Below, piece by piece: positions 27,584 through 37,438 of a stretch of 64,000 bases of DNA; position 1 is the stretch's first letter; the number at the start of each line of letters is the position of its first letter. Below the pieces are notes generated by a model, which saw only the letters and a list, made by a program, of their open reading frames with translations, was not told the DNA's origin and made no database searches. This stretch comes from a virus (taxonomy: Duplodnaviria > Caudoviricetes): positions 1,470-65,469 of the IMG/VR virus record IMGVR_UViG_3300027985_000227. The stretch is one strand, 5' to 3'. Both the position numbers and the translations under genes were made by a program.

Positions 27584-29272
27584 ATGAATCTGCTTTTAAC
27601 GTTAGGTCACAATAGTTCAGCCATACTAGTCAGCAGTAATGGTGAAGTTCTGTGCGGGTATGAGAATGAGCGTTTGACTCACGTAAAGTCAGATAGCAAA
27701 TTTCCTATAGAAGCTATACAGGAAATAATGAAGCATCACTCTATTCCAGTGAATGTAAGTGTGTTCGTAAGCCATTGGTTTACAAACTGTATTCTCCCAG
27801 ATCTACCAAATAAGTGGTGGGATCCAATAACGTTATTCAAACTATTTCCAGAGGCTACTGTCTATTCTCTGGACAAAGACTTTACACACCATGATGCTCA
27901 TTGCTATAGTGCGCTAGCATTCTTGGATAAACCTGAATATAATGATCACACAGTAATAGTGTGCGATGGATTTGGTAACTTCGGTGAAACACTGAGTATC
28001 TACAGAGTTAACGGCTCTGGAAGAGAGCCAGAGCTAATTAAACGAGCTTTTGGGTACTCGTCTTCTCTTGGTTTATTCTATCAATATGCTACGGCATATT
28101 TAGGCTTAACAATGAACCAAGATGAATACAAGTTACTCGGATATGAAGCACACATATACGAGCATATTATATGTGAAAAGGGGTTACAAATTCTTTATAG
28201 GGAAGCAGAAAAGCTTTCTAGCAAATTTATACAGGACATAGTGAGTTCATCTGTAGTTGACAAGTTTGATCCTATGCTATCCATAGACGCTCTTCCAGCT
28301 TTACGAGAAAACTACAGAGTATTTTTCGATGAGCTGTTAGCTGAAGTTAGATTACACAAATCCATGGAAATAGGTAAGATTCGTATAGCTATATCTCACT
28401 TTGTTCAACGAGTGGTAGAACAAACATTAGGATACATAGTAGCGTCATACACACCAAAGGACCTGTTATTGGTTGGTGGTGTGTTCATGAATGTCAAGCT
28501 AAATAACTACTTGTCAAAAATAGCTCCAGGATACACGTCAATAATGCCACTAGCCGGAGATCAAGGTGCTGCAATTGGTGTATACCACAGACATACTGGC
28601 AAGTTTAAATGGCCTGGTAATCTGTTCTGGGGCAAACGTCATTTATACCATATTGATAATGACATATTAATACGGCCTAGATTCAACACATTAGAAAACA
28701 CAGTATCGGCCCACAAAGTAATTGCCGCACTAATAAGCCAAAACTATATTGTCAATATAGTACACGGTAATATGGAGTTCGGTGCAAGGGCTCTTGGTAA
28801 CACTAGCACACTGGCAAGACCTACAGAAGAAAATGTTCGTTATATAAATCAGTGTAATGAGCGATCAACAATAATGCCTATGGCCGGTGCATGTAAAATT
28901 GAGTTTGCAGAGCAGATACATGGTGATGACCTGTATTCTATACATAAATCAATGGAGTATATGATCTGCACACGTGACTTCAAAAATACTGAGCACATTA
29001 AACTTCGTGGTGCTGCTCACTATGACCCAGTAGAACAAAAGTTTACTGGGCGCACACAAATAGTCAGACCAGGGAATATAATATACGATATTCTTAACCA
29101 TACTGACGATGATGTACAGCTGGTTATAAATACCAGTTTTAACCCACACGGTAAACCTATCTTGTTCAACATGATTGATGTGATTAATGGTCATAACTTC
29201 ATGATTGAAAGAGATATAGATGATCGTGTATTCACCTTTGTTATAACAAGAGGCTCACATGTCCAAGTTTAA
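27584..29272 (+). CDS. O-carbamoyltransferase (CmcH/NodU/TobZ family)
   Basis: GHNSSA, ENERL, HHDAH, DGFG, EYKLLG, GGVFMNVKLN, GDQGAAIG, EFGARALG, NTSFNPHG motifs. Confidence 0.92.
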   Translation: MNLLLTLGHNSSAILVSSNGEVLCGYENERLTHVKSDSKFPIEAIQEIMKHHSIPVNVSVFVSHWFTNCILPDLPNKWWDPITLFKLFPEATVYSLDKDFTHHDAHCYSALAFLDKPEYNDHTVIVCDGFGNFGETLSIYRVNGSGREPELIKRAFGYSSSLGLFYQYATAYLGLTMNQDEYKLLGYEAHIYEHIICEKGLQILYREAEKLSSKFIQDIVSSSVVDKFDPMLSIDALPALRENYRVFFDELLAEVRLHKSMEIGKIRIAISHFVQRVVEQTLGYIVASYTPKDLLLVGGVFMNVKLNNYLSKIAPGYTSIMPLAGDQGAAIGVYHRHTGKFKWPGNLFWGKRHLYHIDNDILIRPRFNTLENTVSAHKVIAALISQNYIVNIVHGNMEFGARALGNTSTLARPTEENVRYINQCNERSTIMPMAGACKIEFAEQIHGDDLYSIHKSMEYMICTRDFKNTEHIKLRGAAHYDPVEQKFTGRTQIVRPGNIIYDILNHTDDDVQLVINTSFNPHGKPILFNMIDVINGHNFMIERDIDDRVFTFVITRGSHVQV

Positions 29273-29657
29273 GCAGGTTGTAGAATTTAATAAGAATGTA
29301 CTTGGCATTTCGCCACGTGATCTTGGTATGCAGAGTGAGGAAGAATTCAGGTTATCTGTTCATCAGCTAACAGAAGAAGTTCTAGAGATACAAGAAGCAT
29401 ATGAGGATAAGGATTTTATCGCGCTTATCGACGGACTACATGATCTGGAATACTTCCTTCTCGGTGTAATGTATAAAATCGGTCTAACTGAAGATAAGCA
29501 CGAGCAGATCTTTTCAGCCATACACGAGGCCAATACCAAGAAGGTACGAGGCACAAAACTTTCTCGTCAAGGTTATGGTGATAGTGCTGACGCTGTAAAG
29601 CCAGATGGTTGGGTAGCACCAGAGACCGCCATAGCTCGTATATTGGAGGCAAAATGA
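29259..29657 (+). CDS. MazG-like/all-alpha NTP pyrophosphohydrolase
   Basis: EE..E...DGLHDL.Y...IHEAN.KK...KPDGW..PE. Confidence 0.8.
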   Translation: MSKFKQVVEFNKNVLGISPRDLGMQSEEEFRLSVHQLTEEVLEIQEAYEDKDFIALIDGLHDLEYFLLGVMYKIGLTEDKHEQIFSAIHEANTKKVRGTKLSRQGYGDSADAVKPDGWVAPETAIARILEAK

Positions 29658-30172
29658 AGAGCATTATCGTAGAAGGTTACGATAACATGGGTAAGTCAAC
29701 ATTGATTGATGACTTACACCACACATCTTCATTTAACTTTCCAATACACAGAGCAGGTCCACCAGCGCAAAACGATGCTCATGCCATTTTATGTTGTGAA
29801 GAGCAACTAGATAAAATGGTTCACCAATCGTCATACACGCTTTTTGATCGTATCACACCTATATCCAGGACATGTTACCAGTTTGACATAGGTGATCGTC
29901 ACAGACGTACTCTAAGTATGTTCTTACGTGAAATGATGAGGCACTCTATCATAGTATGGTGCGATACTGATAACGACCCTGAATCACACGTAGTTAAAGA
30001 GTATGATACACCGGAGCACCTTGAATTCTTGCACAACAATGAATTCAAAATCATCTCGAATTATAGAGACATTATGGCATCATTGCCTGGTGTGATTCGA
30101 TATGATTATAGAGCGCACAGTATAGACCAACTTGTGGAGAAGATAGATGTCGCCGTTTCTAGCCGCCTATAA
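29654..30172 (+). CDS. P-loop nucleoside monophosphate kinase
   Basis: IIVEGYDNMGKST and LFDR motifs; GGAGG RBS before ATG 29654. Confidence 0.8.
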   Translation: MKSIIVEGYDNMGKSTLIDDLHHTSSFNFPIHRAGPPAQNDAHAILCCEEQLDKMVHQSSYTLFDRITPISRTCYQFDIGDRHRRTLSMFLREMMRHSIIVWCDTDNDPESHVVKEYDTPEHLEFLHNNEFKIISNYRDIMASLPGVIRYDYRAHSIDQLVEKIDVAVSSRL

Positions 30173-30938
30173 CGAACTGAAGACACGTGGACAACTTACA
30201 GCGCCGCGTGGACATCGGGTATTAGAGATAGAGGATTTCAGTATAGACTTCCATCCTATACTTGACCGATTCTCTAACTTCGATGCTCGTAAGATGAGCA
30301 TCGACTATGCCAAGAAAGAGATGGCCTGGTATCTTCGCGGTGATCGTTATGAAATGACGATCACAGAAGAAGCTCAGATGTGGAAACAGATTATTGACGT
30401 AGACGGAGGAATCAACTCCAATTATGGTCAGTATATTTTCCACGATCAATCACAGTACAAGTGGGTTATCGCCGAGTTAAAGCGAGACAAGGATTCACGA
30501 CGTGCATCGATGATGCTGTTAAATCACACCCACTTCAGACCAAATAATCCTGATGTTGTGTGTACGTATGCTATCAACTTCCGCATACGAAATAATCGTC
30601 TGAACATGTCCATACATATGAGATCATGGGACGCCATATGGGGAATGACCAACGATGTGTTCTGCTTCAGTGTAATATACGAAGTAGTTTACTCGCTTCT
30701 TCGTGAACACTATGTAGATCTGCAGGTAGGTAACTACCACCACACAGCTGACTCATTTCATGTGTATGAGCGGCACTTCAAAATGCTGGATAAGCTCATA
30801 TCAGATGGGATGGGCGGATACAAACCTGTGTACTGTCCTACCATATCTGGCCACGAAGAAGCTAAGTGGTTAATTCGTAATAAATCAAAGCAACCGTTCC
30901 CGAAGTATCGCTTCAGTGAGTGGTTGTTTACTGTATAA
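30147..30938 (+). CDS. thymidylate synthase-superfamily dCMP hydroxymethylase
   Basis: NSNYG, DSRRA, DVVCT, MRSWDAIWGMTND, SFHVYERH; Asp at the dCMP-specificity position as in T4 gp42. Confidence 0.8.
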   Translation: MSPFLAAYNELKTRGQLTAPRGHRVLEIEDFSIDFHPILDRFSNFDARKMSIDYAKKEMAWYLRGDRYEMTITEEAQMWKQIIDVDGGINSNYGQYIFHDQSQYKWVIAELKRDKDSRRASMMLLNHTHFRPNNPDVVCTYAINFRIRNNRLNMSIHMRSWDAIWGMTNDVFCFSVIYEVVYSLLREHYVDLQVGNYHHTADSFHVYERHFKMLDKLISDGMGGYKPVYCPTISGHEEAKWLIRNKSKQPFPKYRFSEWLFTV

Positions 30939-30948
30939 TGAGGTTGTT

Positions 30949-31671
30949 ATGGAAAAAATACAAGTTTTGGATCACGGGTTCGTTCAGCTACGTAACCTTT
31001 CTGGCCCAACAAGACGTGTCTTCGATGGTGACAGTATTAGAGATTTTGACGGTGACGATACTGATCCAGCCAACAGTGCAAGGATGTCTTTTGACTCTAT
31101 GGATTCTGGAAGAACTCGTGATGAAGATTTACGGTTAGCTGAGTATTTGATGAAAAACAAACATACCACACCTTTTGAAATGATAGAAGTGTGGATTGAG
31201 ATGAAGATGCCAATCTTCGTAGCTCGTCAGTTTGTTCGCCATCGTACAGTGACTATCAATGAGGTGTCAGCCAGATACGTCACACTTCCAGAAGAATGGT
31301 ATATACCAGATGTGGTCGGCGGCAAAGCGGCCACTGCTAAACAGGGTCAGGAAGACACTTTGCCATTGGCTGTGCAAGATACGTTCAAGGTTGTATTAAA
31401 CGAAGACTGTAAACGCAGTTATGATAGTTATCTTGACTTCATTAATGTTGGTGTAGCTAATGAGCACGCTCGCCTTTTCCTACACGTTAACCACTATACC
31501 CACTGGTTATGGAAGCAGGACCTGCACAACATCATGCACTTCTTAAGCTTGCGTGATCACAGTCATGCTCAAATAGAGGCGCAGCTTTATGGTAAGGCCG
31601 TAGACGCTCTACTTCGTCAGCATTTACCACACTCTATGGAGCTTTACGACAAATACAGGCGGATGAAATGA
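30949..31671 (+). CDS. thyX: flavin-dependent thymidylate synthase
   Basis: HTTPFE and RQFVRHRT...NEVSARY signature; HAQ.E. Confidence 0.95.
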   Translation: MEKIQVLDHGFVQLRNLSGPTRRVFDGDSIRDFDGDDTDPANSARMSFDSMDSGRTRDEDLRLAEYLMKNKHTTPFEMIEVWIEMKMPIFVARQFVRHRTVTINEVSARYVTLPEEWYIPDVVGGKAATAKQGQEDTLPLAVQDTFKVVLNEDCKRSYDSYLDFINVGVANEHARLFLHVNHYTHWLWKQDLHNIMHFLSLRDHSHAQIEAQLYGKAVDALLRQHLPHSMELYDKYRRMK

Positions 31672-31750
31672 AGGTTTACCTCATAACGTGACATCCCTCC
31701 CGTGTACTCTTTGGTTATATTATGGTATAGTATGATTAGAGGTAACAAAT

Positions 31751-31939
31751 ATGACTGAAGAGTACACAGAAGAGGATTATGAACGTAGACATCAAAAGGC
31801 CGAAGAATTTAGTGTAGAATTCAAGGCTTTAGTGCGTAAGTACTTTCCTGAATATCCTGTAAACAGTTTTGAAATGGATTTACTGTACAACATACAAGAT
31901 CGTACATCTTGTTTTAGTCCATATATTTGGAGTGATTGA
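31751..31939 (+). CDS. hypothetical protein
   Basis: 62-aa ORF after promoter motif and GAGGT RBS. Confidence 0.55.
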   Translation: MTEEYTEEDYERRHQKAEEFSVEFKALVRKYFPEYPVNSFEMDLLYNIQDRTSCFSPYIWSD

Positions 31940-32397
31940 TGAGACCGTCCAGAACCCAATACTTCTGTGAAATGGTTAAAGTTGTTGCATCTCGTGGGTC
32001 ATGCAGACGACGTAAGGTCGGTTGCATCCTTATAGACAAACACCATTTTGTTCTGTCTACAGGTTACAATGGTCGCCCATCAGGATTTGATAATTGTCTA
32101 GACCACCCTTGTGAGGGTGCTGATGCCAAGTCTGGACAAGATTTAGATAAGTGCGAAGCCATCCACGCAGAGGCTAACGCGCTTCTTCAGTGCCCTGATA
32201 CAAATCGTGTATACAAGGCATACTGCACAACGGCACCATGCATTCACTGTGTGAAGTTGCTGTTAAACACGTCATGTGAAGAAATAGTTTTTATCGATAC
32301 GTACCCGCACGCTAACGTATCGAAGGAGTTGTGGGAGCGTGCTGGTAGAAAATGGACTAAATACGATGAAGACTATTCTAAACATTCTGACAGCTAA
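31936..32397 (+). CDS. dCMP deaminase
   Basis: C.RRKVG, GYNG, HAEANA, PCIHC zinc motifs. Confidence 0.93.
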   Translation: MMRPSRTQYFCEMVKVVASRGSCRRRKVGCILIDKHHFVLSTGYNGRPSGFDNCLDHPCEGADAKSGQDLDKCEAIHAEANALLQCPDTNRVYKAYCTTAPCIHCVKLLLNTSCEEIVFIDTYPHANVSKELWERAGRKWTKYDEDYSKHSDS

Positions 32398-32505
32398 AGT
32401 GTGGCTTCCTGAATCCGTATACCACTTACTTCCGTATGTGTATACGTCAGCAGCCGTTATTTTCTTCATTTCAAAGGCGTATATGTTAGGCTCACTCACT
32501 CTTCT

Positions 32506-32838
32506 GTGGGGAGCATATGTGATTGTATGCCGCAGAGCCAACGCGAGAATGTGGTAATGAAACTAAACGAAAAGATTTATGAGTTTGTAGACGACATGAA
32601 TCGTCACATGCAGGAGATACCAAACGGTATGCAGCTAGAATTCAATGACGCGCTCAGTTCTTTGTGCAGAGTAGTTGTAGCACTGGAACACGCGGATAGA
32701 ATGAAAACTGACGATCGTCAGGTTAAAAGTAGCAATGCATCTACTAACAACTTAAATAACAGAGAGCAGCTGGAGCGCACATATCGTCGTTTATGCGATA
32801 TACCACAAGACGATGATCATATGTATGATCAAACCTGA
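32506..32838 (+). CDS. hypothetical protein (start probably 32557)
   Basis: ORF ending at dispersed repeat copy 2. Confidence 0.5.
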   Translation: MGSICDCMPQSQRENVVMKLNEKIYEFVDDMNRHMQEIPNGMQLEFNDALSSLCRVVVALEHADRMKTDDRQVKSSNASTNNLNNREQLERTYRRLCDIPQDDDHMYDQT

Positions 32839-32955
32839 GCGCTCTGGTATAAACACCTGTAGCAGCCCGTAGCTACATATTAATAACTTTTTAGAGTTTA
32901 ACCAGAGCGCTCAGAATTACTCTGACATACATCCGGTTACATACTTCTAAGTTAA
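32831..32955. repeat. 125-bp dispersed intergenic element, copy 2
   Basis: hairpin CTGAGCGCTCTGGT/ACCAGAGCGCTCAG; matches 13980-14104. Confidence 0.9.
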
Positions 32956-32974
32956 TTTTTAAGAGTTACTTAAC

Positions 32975-34060
32975 ATGACTACATCGACCAAGATACGTTT
33001 ATACAAGAATCACATGAACTCTATCGGCTATTGGGACATATGGTTCGTTGATAACGTAATTCATATTGAACATGCAACATGTGTAGGTTGTTCACCAGTT
33101 CACCACACAGAGACTGTTCATGAAGGCAAACAAAGTCGTTCACTGCGTGAGCAAGTAATCAGTCGTATAAAGTCACGTGTCAATAAGCAATTAGATAAGG
33201 GCTATGTAAGGACCATAGATGAAGCACGAAGTGCTCCAACTAATACTCTTAATTTCCTTCAACCTATGCTAGCTCAAAGAATAGAGCGAGTATCGGGTAT
33301 CAATTGGACAGAATCGTATATTCAGCCAAAACTAGATGGGCACAGATGTTTGATAACTCGCTTTGAAGGTAACTTGGTTGCGTATTCACGACAAGGTAAG
33401 ATCATCGATACCATTGACCATGTATTCGAGATGTTGGCCGATCTGCCTGAAGGTGTAACTCTAGACGGAGAGCTCTACTGTGATGGAGTAAAGTTGCAAG
33501 AGATTGCGTCTTGGGTAAAACGTAAGCAAGTGAATACTGAACGACTGTCTTACAATGTGTTTGACTTAGTATCAGATAAACCGTTTAGTCAGCGGCACAG
33601 TGACTTGCTTAATATACTTAGTGTGGACGAAGAACGAATCCAACCTATACAGATCGTTCCTACTTACCAAGTAAAATACCTGCGTGACTTTAACATACAC
33701 GAAAAACTACACGAATTCAGAAGTATGGGTTATGAAGGTGTAATTGTACGACACAGTTCCAAGGGATACGAAGCCGGTCGCAGGTCACAATCTCTTGTGA
33801 AAGTAAAGCACATGAGCGATACAGAATGCACGGTATCTGACGTAGAGCCATCTAAAGATGGTTGGGGTATATTGGTGTGTAAGACTGATGGTGGAGCTAC
33901 ATTCAGAGTATCAGCTCCAGGGTCATTACAAGAAAAACAACACGTACTTGACAATAAAGACCTGTATATAGGTAAACTGGTTACTGTAGAATTCAGCATG
34001 TACACCAAGGACAAAGTTCCTTTTCATCCTGTAGCGTTACGTTTCAGGGAAGATATTTAA
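32975..34060 (+). CDS. ATP-dependent DNA ligase
   Basis: PMLA, QPKLDGHR, LDGELY, EGVIVR, LVKVK motifs. Confidence 0.93.
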   Translation: MTTSTKIRLYKNHMNSIGYWDIWFVDNVIHIEHATCVGCSPVHHTETVHEGKQSRSLREQVISRIKSRVNKQLDKGYVRTIDEARSAPTNTLNFLQPMLAQRIERVSGINWTESYIQPKLDGHRCLITRFEGNLVAYSRQGKIIDTIDHVFEMLADLPEGVTLDGELYCDGVKLQEIASWVKRKQVNTERLSYNVFDLVSDKPFSQRHSDLLNILSVDEERIQPIQIVPTYQVKYLRDFNIHEKLHEFRSMGYEGVIVRHSSKGYEAGRRSQSLVKVKHMSDTECTVSDVEPSKDGWGILVCKTDGGATFRVSAPGSLQEKQHVLDNKDLYIGKLVTVEFSMYTKDKVPFHPVALRFREDI

Positions 34061-36219
34061 GGCGTATAACTGTTAGTCACTGTTATTTCTGGATATTGCT
34101 CTGAATAATGACCGTCCCTAAGTGTAAGCACCTGTATACGAAGTGTAGTCCAGGCCGCGTTATTAGCAAATGACGTAGTTCTGGTGGGTGCTGACACTGT
34201 GTCAGTAAATACCAGTGAATCAACCTGATTGTACACATTCACTATATACGACGTTCCTGCTTCTTCTGTAGATGACGCGCTTACAGAATCGTCTATAAGA
34301 TCAGCAGTATCAATTAATCTATTACGACCTGACCAATCCACTGTTACAGTGGCTGTATTTACATCCGTGGCGTTATACACGCTATTGATCAAAAGATGTG
34401 CTGCTGGATACGGTAATACGGACCGCTCATCCACAGTCACATTTATCTGTGTAGCTGAAGCTATAGGCAATGTGCCAAGAGATGTCTTTGGTAACAGTTT
34501 AACGTCTAAATCTTCTCCAGCCGTATGAACCTGATCTAAGGTTTCCCAACCAGCGCCTACTGTTGGGAACAATATCACTGCACCAGACGTATGTTGTTTA
34601 GGTACAGAGTATATGCACCCTCGGCCCACCGTTATCTCGTGGTTGACAGTATCAATACTGTCAATGCGCATGCACTCGCCATCAAGATAAATATAATGCT
34701 TACCACCAGCAACAGCTTTGGCCATATTAGCGCCGTTCTGATATGGTATGACTGTAGCACCCGCACTGATTGTCGATGCAAGTGTACAATACGGTGAACT
34801 TGGGCCAGAACCAGTTTCGATATATGTTCCAGCACCGTCTGGACTAACATTAATACGATAGCCATAGTAGTCACCTATATTAACGTATCCGAATGTCATT
34901 AAATACTCATCAAGGTCGTCTAGAGTATCCAAATTAACGAACCCATTATTAGCTATATCCCAATAGCTAGCAGTAAGTACAGATTGATACGTGAGAGGAA
35001 CGGGTGTAGTATTAGGTGAAGACCACAGATTAGCTTGACTACCTAAATACACATTAGACGTTCTAGCGAACACGTCTTCTATGGCATCCACTGTTATAGT
35101 CCCGTCTAATAATTCACCAAAGTCCACATGACCTACACGAAATACTACGTCTACCGCCTGATGTTTAGCCCAAGAAAACTTGAACACCCCTCCTATATTG
35201 AGATTCCATGCTTTACGGTTAACCTTCATCTTTAACACACGAAGAGGGGACGATAAAACCATTAGATCGCGCGCAGCTATTTTTGCAGCGTCATCAGAGT
35301 TGGTTATACCAGGATAAGCTTTCTTTTTAGGTACTACGCCACCCTGCATAGTAATGTTGCCTTGATTATGAACAGTTACAGAATTGTCTTTACCACGATT
35401 AGAGAAATCAGTATACACTACAGTCATAGTGTTTATTGTTTCGCCCCAAAGCTTGGTATCATACTTCTGTAATTCTAGTACATTGGACTCATCATACGAA
35501 TCTAAGTCACCTACAACGTAATCGTCACGAATAAGCTTTATTACGAACTTACCAAGTTGTGGGTCTATGTATAGAGTAGCGTCTATATGTTCTAATACCA
35601 TCATCACGAACTCTTCTATAGACGTAGCGTTAGCCCAATAAAACGATATACCTAGGCCTTCAGAATGTATTTTGATAGCTGCGGCTAAGAATGATGTCTC
35701 GTCTATAAAGGTAAACGAATAACCCATTCCCCAATCTGTATCAGTAAGACATTCACGAATGATGTGTACACCATTCATATCGTCACCTACTGCTGCGTAT
35801 GATGGCTGCCATTGTGTAGTTCCGTCTGTACGTATATTACGACGATTCAATAAAAACATCCATTGTTTTATGTACGGATTGTTGGCTGTTAAATAACACG
35901 ACTTGAGTATTACACCTAACACACCACGAAATGCCGGTACTAGTCCTCCAATGGCTGCGGCTAAATAAGCGTTAATGGACTGAGTAGGTTCTCCAAACTC
36001 AAAGTCCACATATCCTTGTACACCTCCTTCTCGTTCTGTACCACCAAATAGTTCTGGCTTGTCCATGTACACAGTCGAACTTCCAGTAATAGGTGTGTCA
36101 GTTAGCAGTCTGTCACCAACATAGATTTCGTCTATGCTATCCACAGGACCATACCCAAGTACCATGTGCATATCCATGTAGTACTTATAACCTGTTACTG
36201 CGCTACCTTTAGAGCCCAT
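34057..36219 (-). CDS. tail tip/central tail hub protein
   Basis: GYKYY...GG..REGGV.G..PAFRGV..NNPYIK pattern; last gene of the tail module. Confidence 0.85.
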   Translation of the reverse strand: MGSKGSAVTGYKYYMDMHMVLGYGPVDSIDEIYVGDRLLTDTPITGSSTVYMDKPELFGGTEREGGVQGYVDFEFGEPTQSINAYLAAAIGGLVPAFRGVLGVILKSCYLTANNPYIKQWMFLLNRRNIRTDGTTQWQPSYAAVGDDMNGVHIIRECLTDTDWGMGYSFTFIDETSFLAAAIKIHSEGLGISFYWANATSIEEFVMMVLEHIDATLYIDPQLGKFVIKLIRDDYVVGDLDSYDESNVLELQKYDTKLWGETINTMTVVYTDFSNRGKDNSVTVHNQGNITMQGGVVPKKKAYPGITNSDDAAKIAARDLMVLSSPLRVLKMKVNRKAWNLNIGGVFKFSWAKHQAVDVVFRVGHVDFGELLDGTITVDAIEDVFARTSNVYLGSQANLWSSPNTTPVPLTYQSVLTASYWDIANNGFVNLDTLDDLDEYLMTFGYVNIGDYYGYRINVSPDGAGTYIETGSGPSSPYCTLASTISAGATVIPYQNGANMAKAVAGGKHYIYLDGECMRIDSIDTVNHEITVGRGCIYSVPKQHTSGAVILFPTVGAGWETLDQVHTAGEDLDVKLLPKTSLGTLPIASATQINVTVDERSVLPYPAAHLLINSVYNATDVNTATVTVDWSGRNRLIDTADLIDDSVSASSTEEAGTSYIVNVYNQVDSLVFTDTVSAPTRTTSFANNAAWTTLRIQVLTLRDGHYSEQYPEITVTNSYTP

Positions 36220-36394
36220 TTTTTATTTTCCTCAATAATTCTATAGCATTAGCGTCATTAAGGGCACGCAATCTATCTTCAGATATGCCGTTTAATCTAA
36301 AGTCATTATAGTCCACACCAGCATTTTTGCACCATAGACGTAATCCTCTATTGCACAAACCAAATGACTTAGCGTGTTGATGAGTTACTATCAT
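36209..36394 (-). CDS. small tail assembly protein
   Basis: C.RG.R.W....G.D...F...GI pattern; position in the tail module. Confidence 0.7.
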   Translation of the reverse strand: MIVTHQHAKSFGLCNRGLRLWCKNAGVDYNDFRLNGISEDRLRALNDANAIELLRKIKNGL

Positions 36395-36615
36395 TTACCT
36401 TTAGACTTTATCTCATCGATAATTAAATTTCCATACCATACCACATTTGGATCACGTAAATACGCACGTCCAAACACGATTGGTATAGACCTGTCAGCTG
36501 AAGCTGTAGGTACATCAAAATCACTCAAAGCCGCTGGTTTTGCATCCTTAGGTTTTGGAGTGAGAGCATATGTTATGGCCATGCTCACTAGCCATAGTGC
36601 TACTTGTACCCACAT
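36391..36615 (-). CDS. small tail assembly protein
   Basis: PTA...R.IPIVFG.....PNVVWYG. Confidence 0.75.
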   Translation of the reverse strand: MWVQVALWLVSMAITYALTPKPKDAKPAALSDFDVPTASADRSIPIVFGRAYLRDPNVVWYGNLIIDEIKSKGK

Positions 36616-36622
36616 ATAGACC

Positions 36623-37438
36623 TCAATAAACTATGGAGTCAAACGGGTTAATTAAAGGAATGTACGGAAACCCGCCATAATTAGCTATGTTAGAAAACTT
36701 TGTATCACAGTCTGTCATAGAATGATCACAACCTGGATATGCACTCACAGTCACACCAGATATTAAGCCAGGTATTATATAGTCTATAGATACGTCAGTA
36801 CCAACATGACTGGTAATCATCCTTGACTCTGGTAAACCCAAAGCGTTGGTAAATATTATAAACCCGCCGTTAAAGTATCCATCGTCATATAAATCAAACT
36901 CTACTGCTGATATATTTATACCGGATACAGCCGTTAGAGACGCTGATACAAGAAAATTAAATTTCTGTAGCTGGCAACGTGTGCCATACAGGAGATGAGG
37001 GCACATTGTTTGGTACGTACGAACTAATCCTGTACGTTTAAGGCTAGTGAATACAGATTCACATTTAAACGTTACCCTAGCTTGTCCTCTCTCTATAGAA
37101 ATTATTCTACCAGCCCAAATAACTAGACCTTCTTGATCAGGATCATTGGCATGAACACGATATACGTTCAAGTAAATAACTGTAGCCGGAGGGTAGTCCA
37201 GAATACTCGTAACTATTTCATTCAGTGTACTTACTTTGACATCTAAAGCAGACTTATTTATTTCGTCTACTTTTTCAATGTTGGATCTCTCTATGTACTC
37301 GCTAGTAAATAAATCACCGTTATATGTATAATCTGATCCGCTAGAGGTATATCGGAAAAACGTTCCACCAATATTGAACTCATATAGTTCTACAGGAGAA
37401 CCGCCACGTGCTGAACCCTCATATGCGCTAAAAGTCAT
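36623..37438 (-). CDS. tail protein, BR0599/DUF2163-like (Fe-S, lambda gpL-like)
   Basis: CPHLLYG..C and PGCDH...DC..KFSN..NYGGFPYIP. Confidence 0.85.
   Translation of the reverse strand: MTFSAYEGSARGGSPVELYEFNIGGTFFRYTSSGSDYTYNGDLFTSEYIERSNIEKVDEINKSALDVKVSTLNEIVTSILDYPPATVIYLNVYRVHANDPDQEGLVIWAGRIISIERGQARVTFKCESVFTSLKRTGLVRTYQTMCPHLLYGTRCQLQKFNFLVSASLTAVSGINISAVEFDLYDDGYFNGGFIIFTNALGLPESRMITSHVGTDVSIDYIIPGLISGVTVSAYPGCDHSMTDCDTKFSNIANYGGFPYIPLINPFDSIVY

Noticed and set aside
30147-30938. Second thymidylate synthase (ThyA) or dUMP hydroxymethylase
   Set aside because: The specificity residue is Asp (GMTND) rather than Asn, and ThyX is adjacent; dCMP hydroxymethylase fits better.
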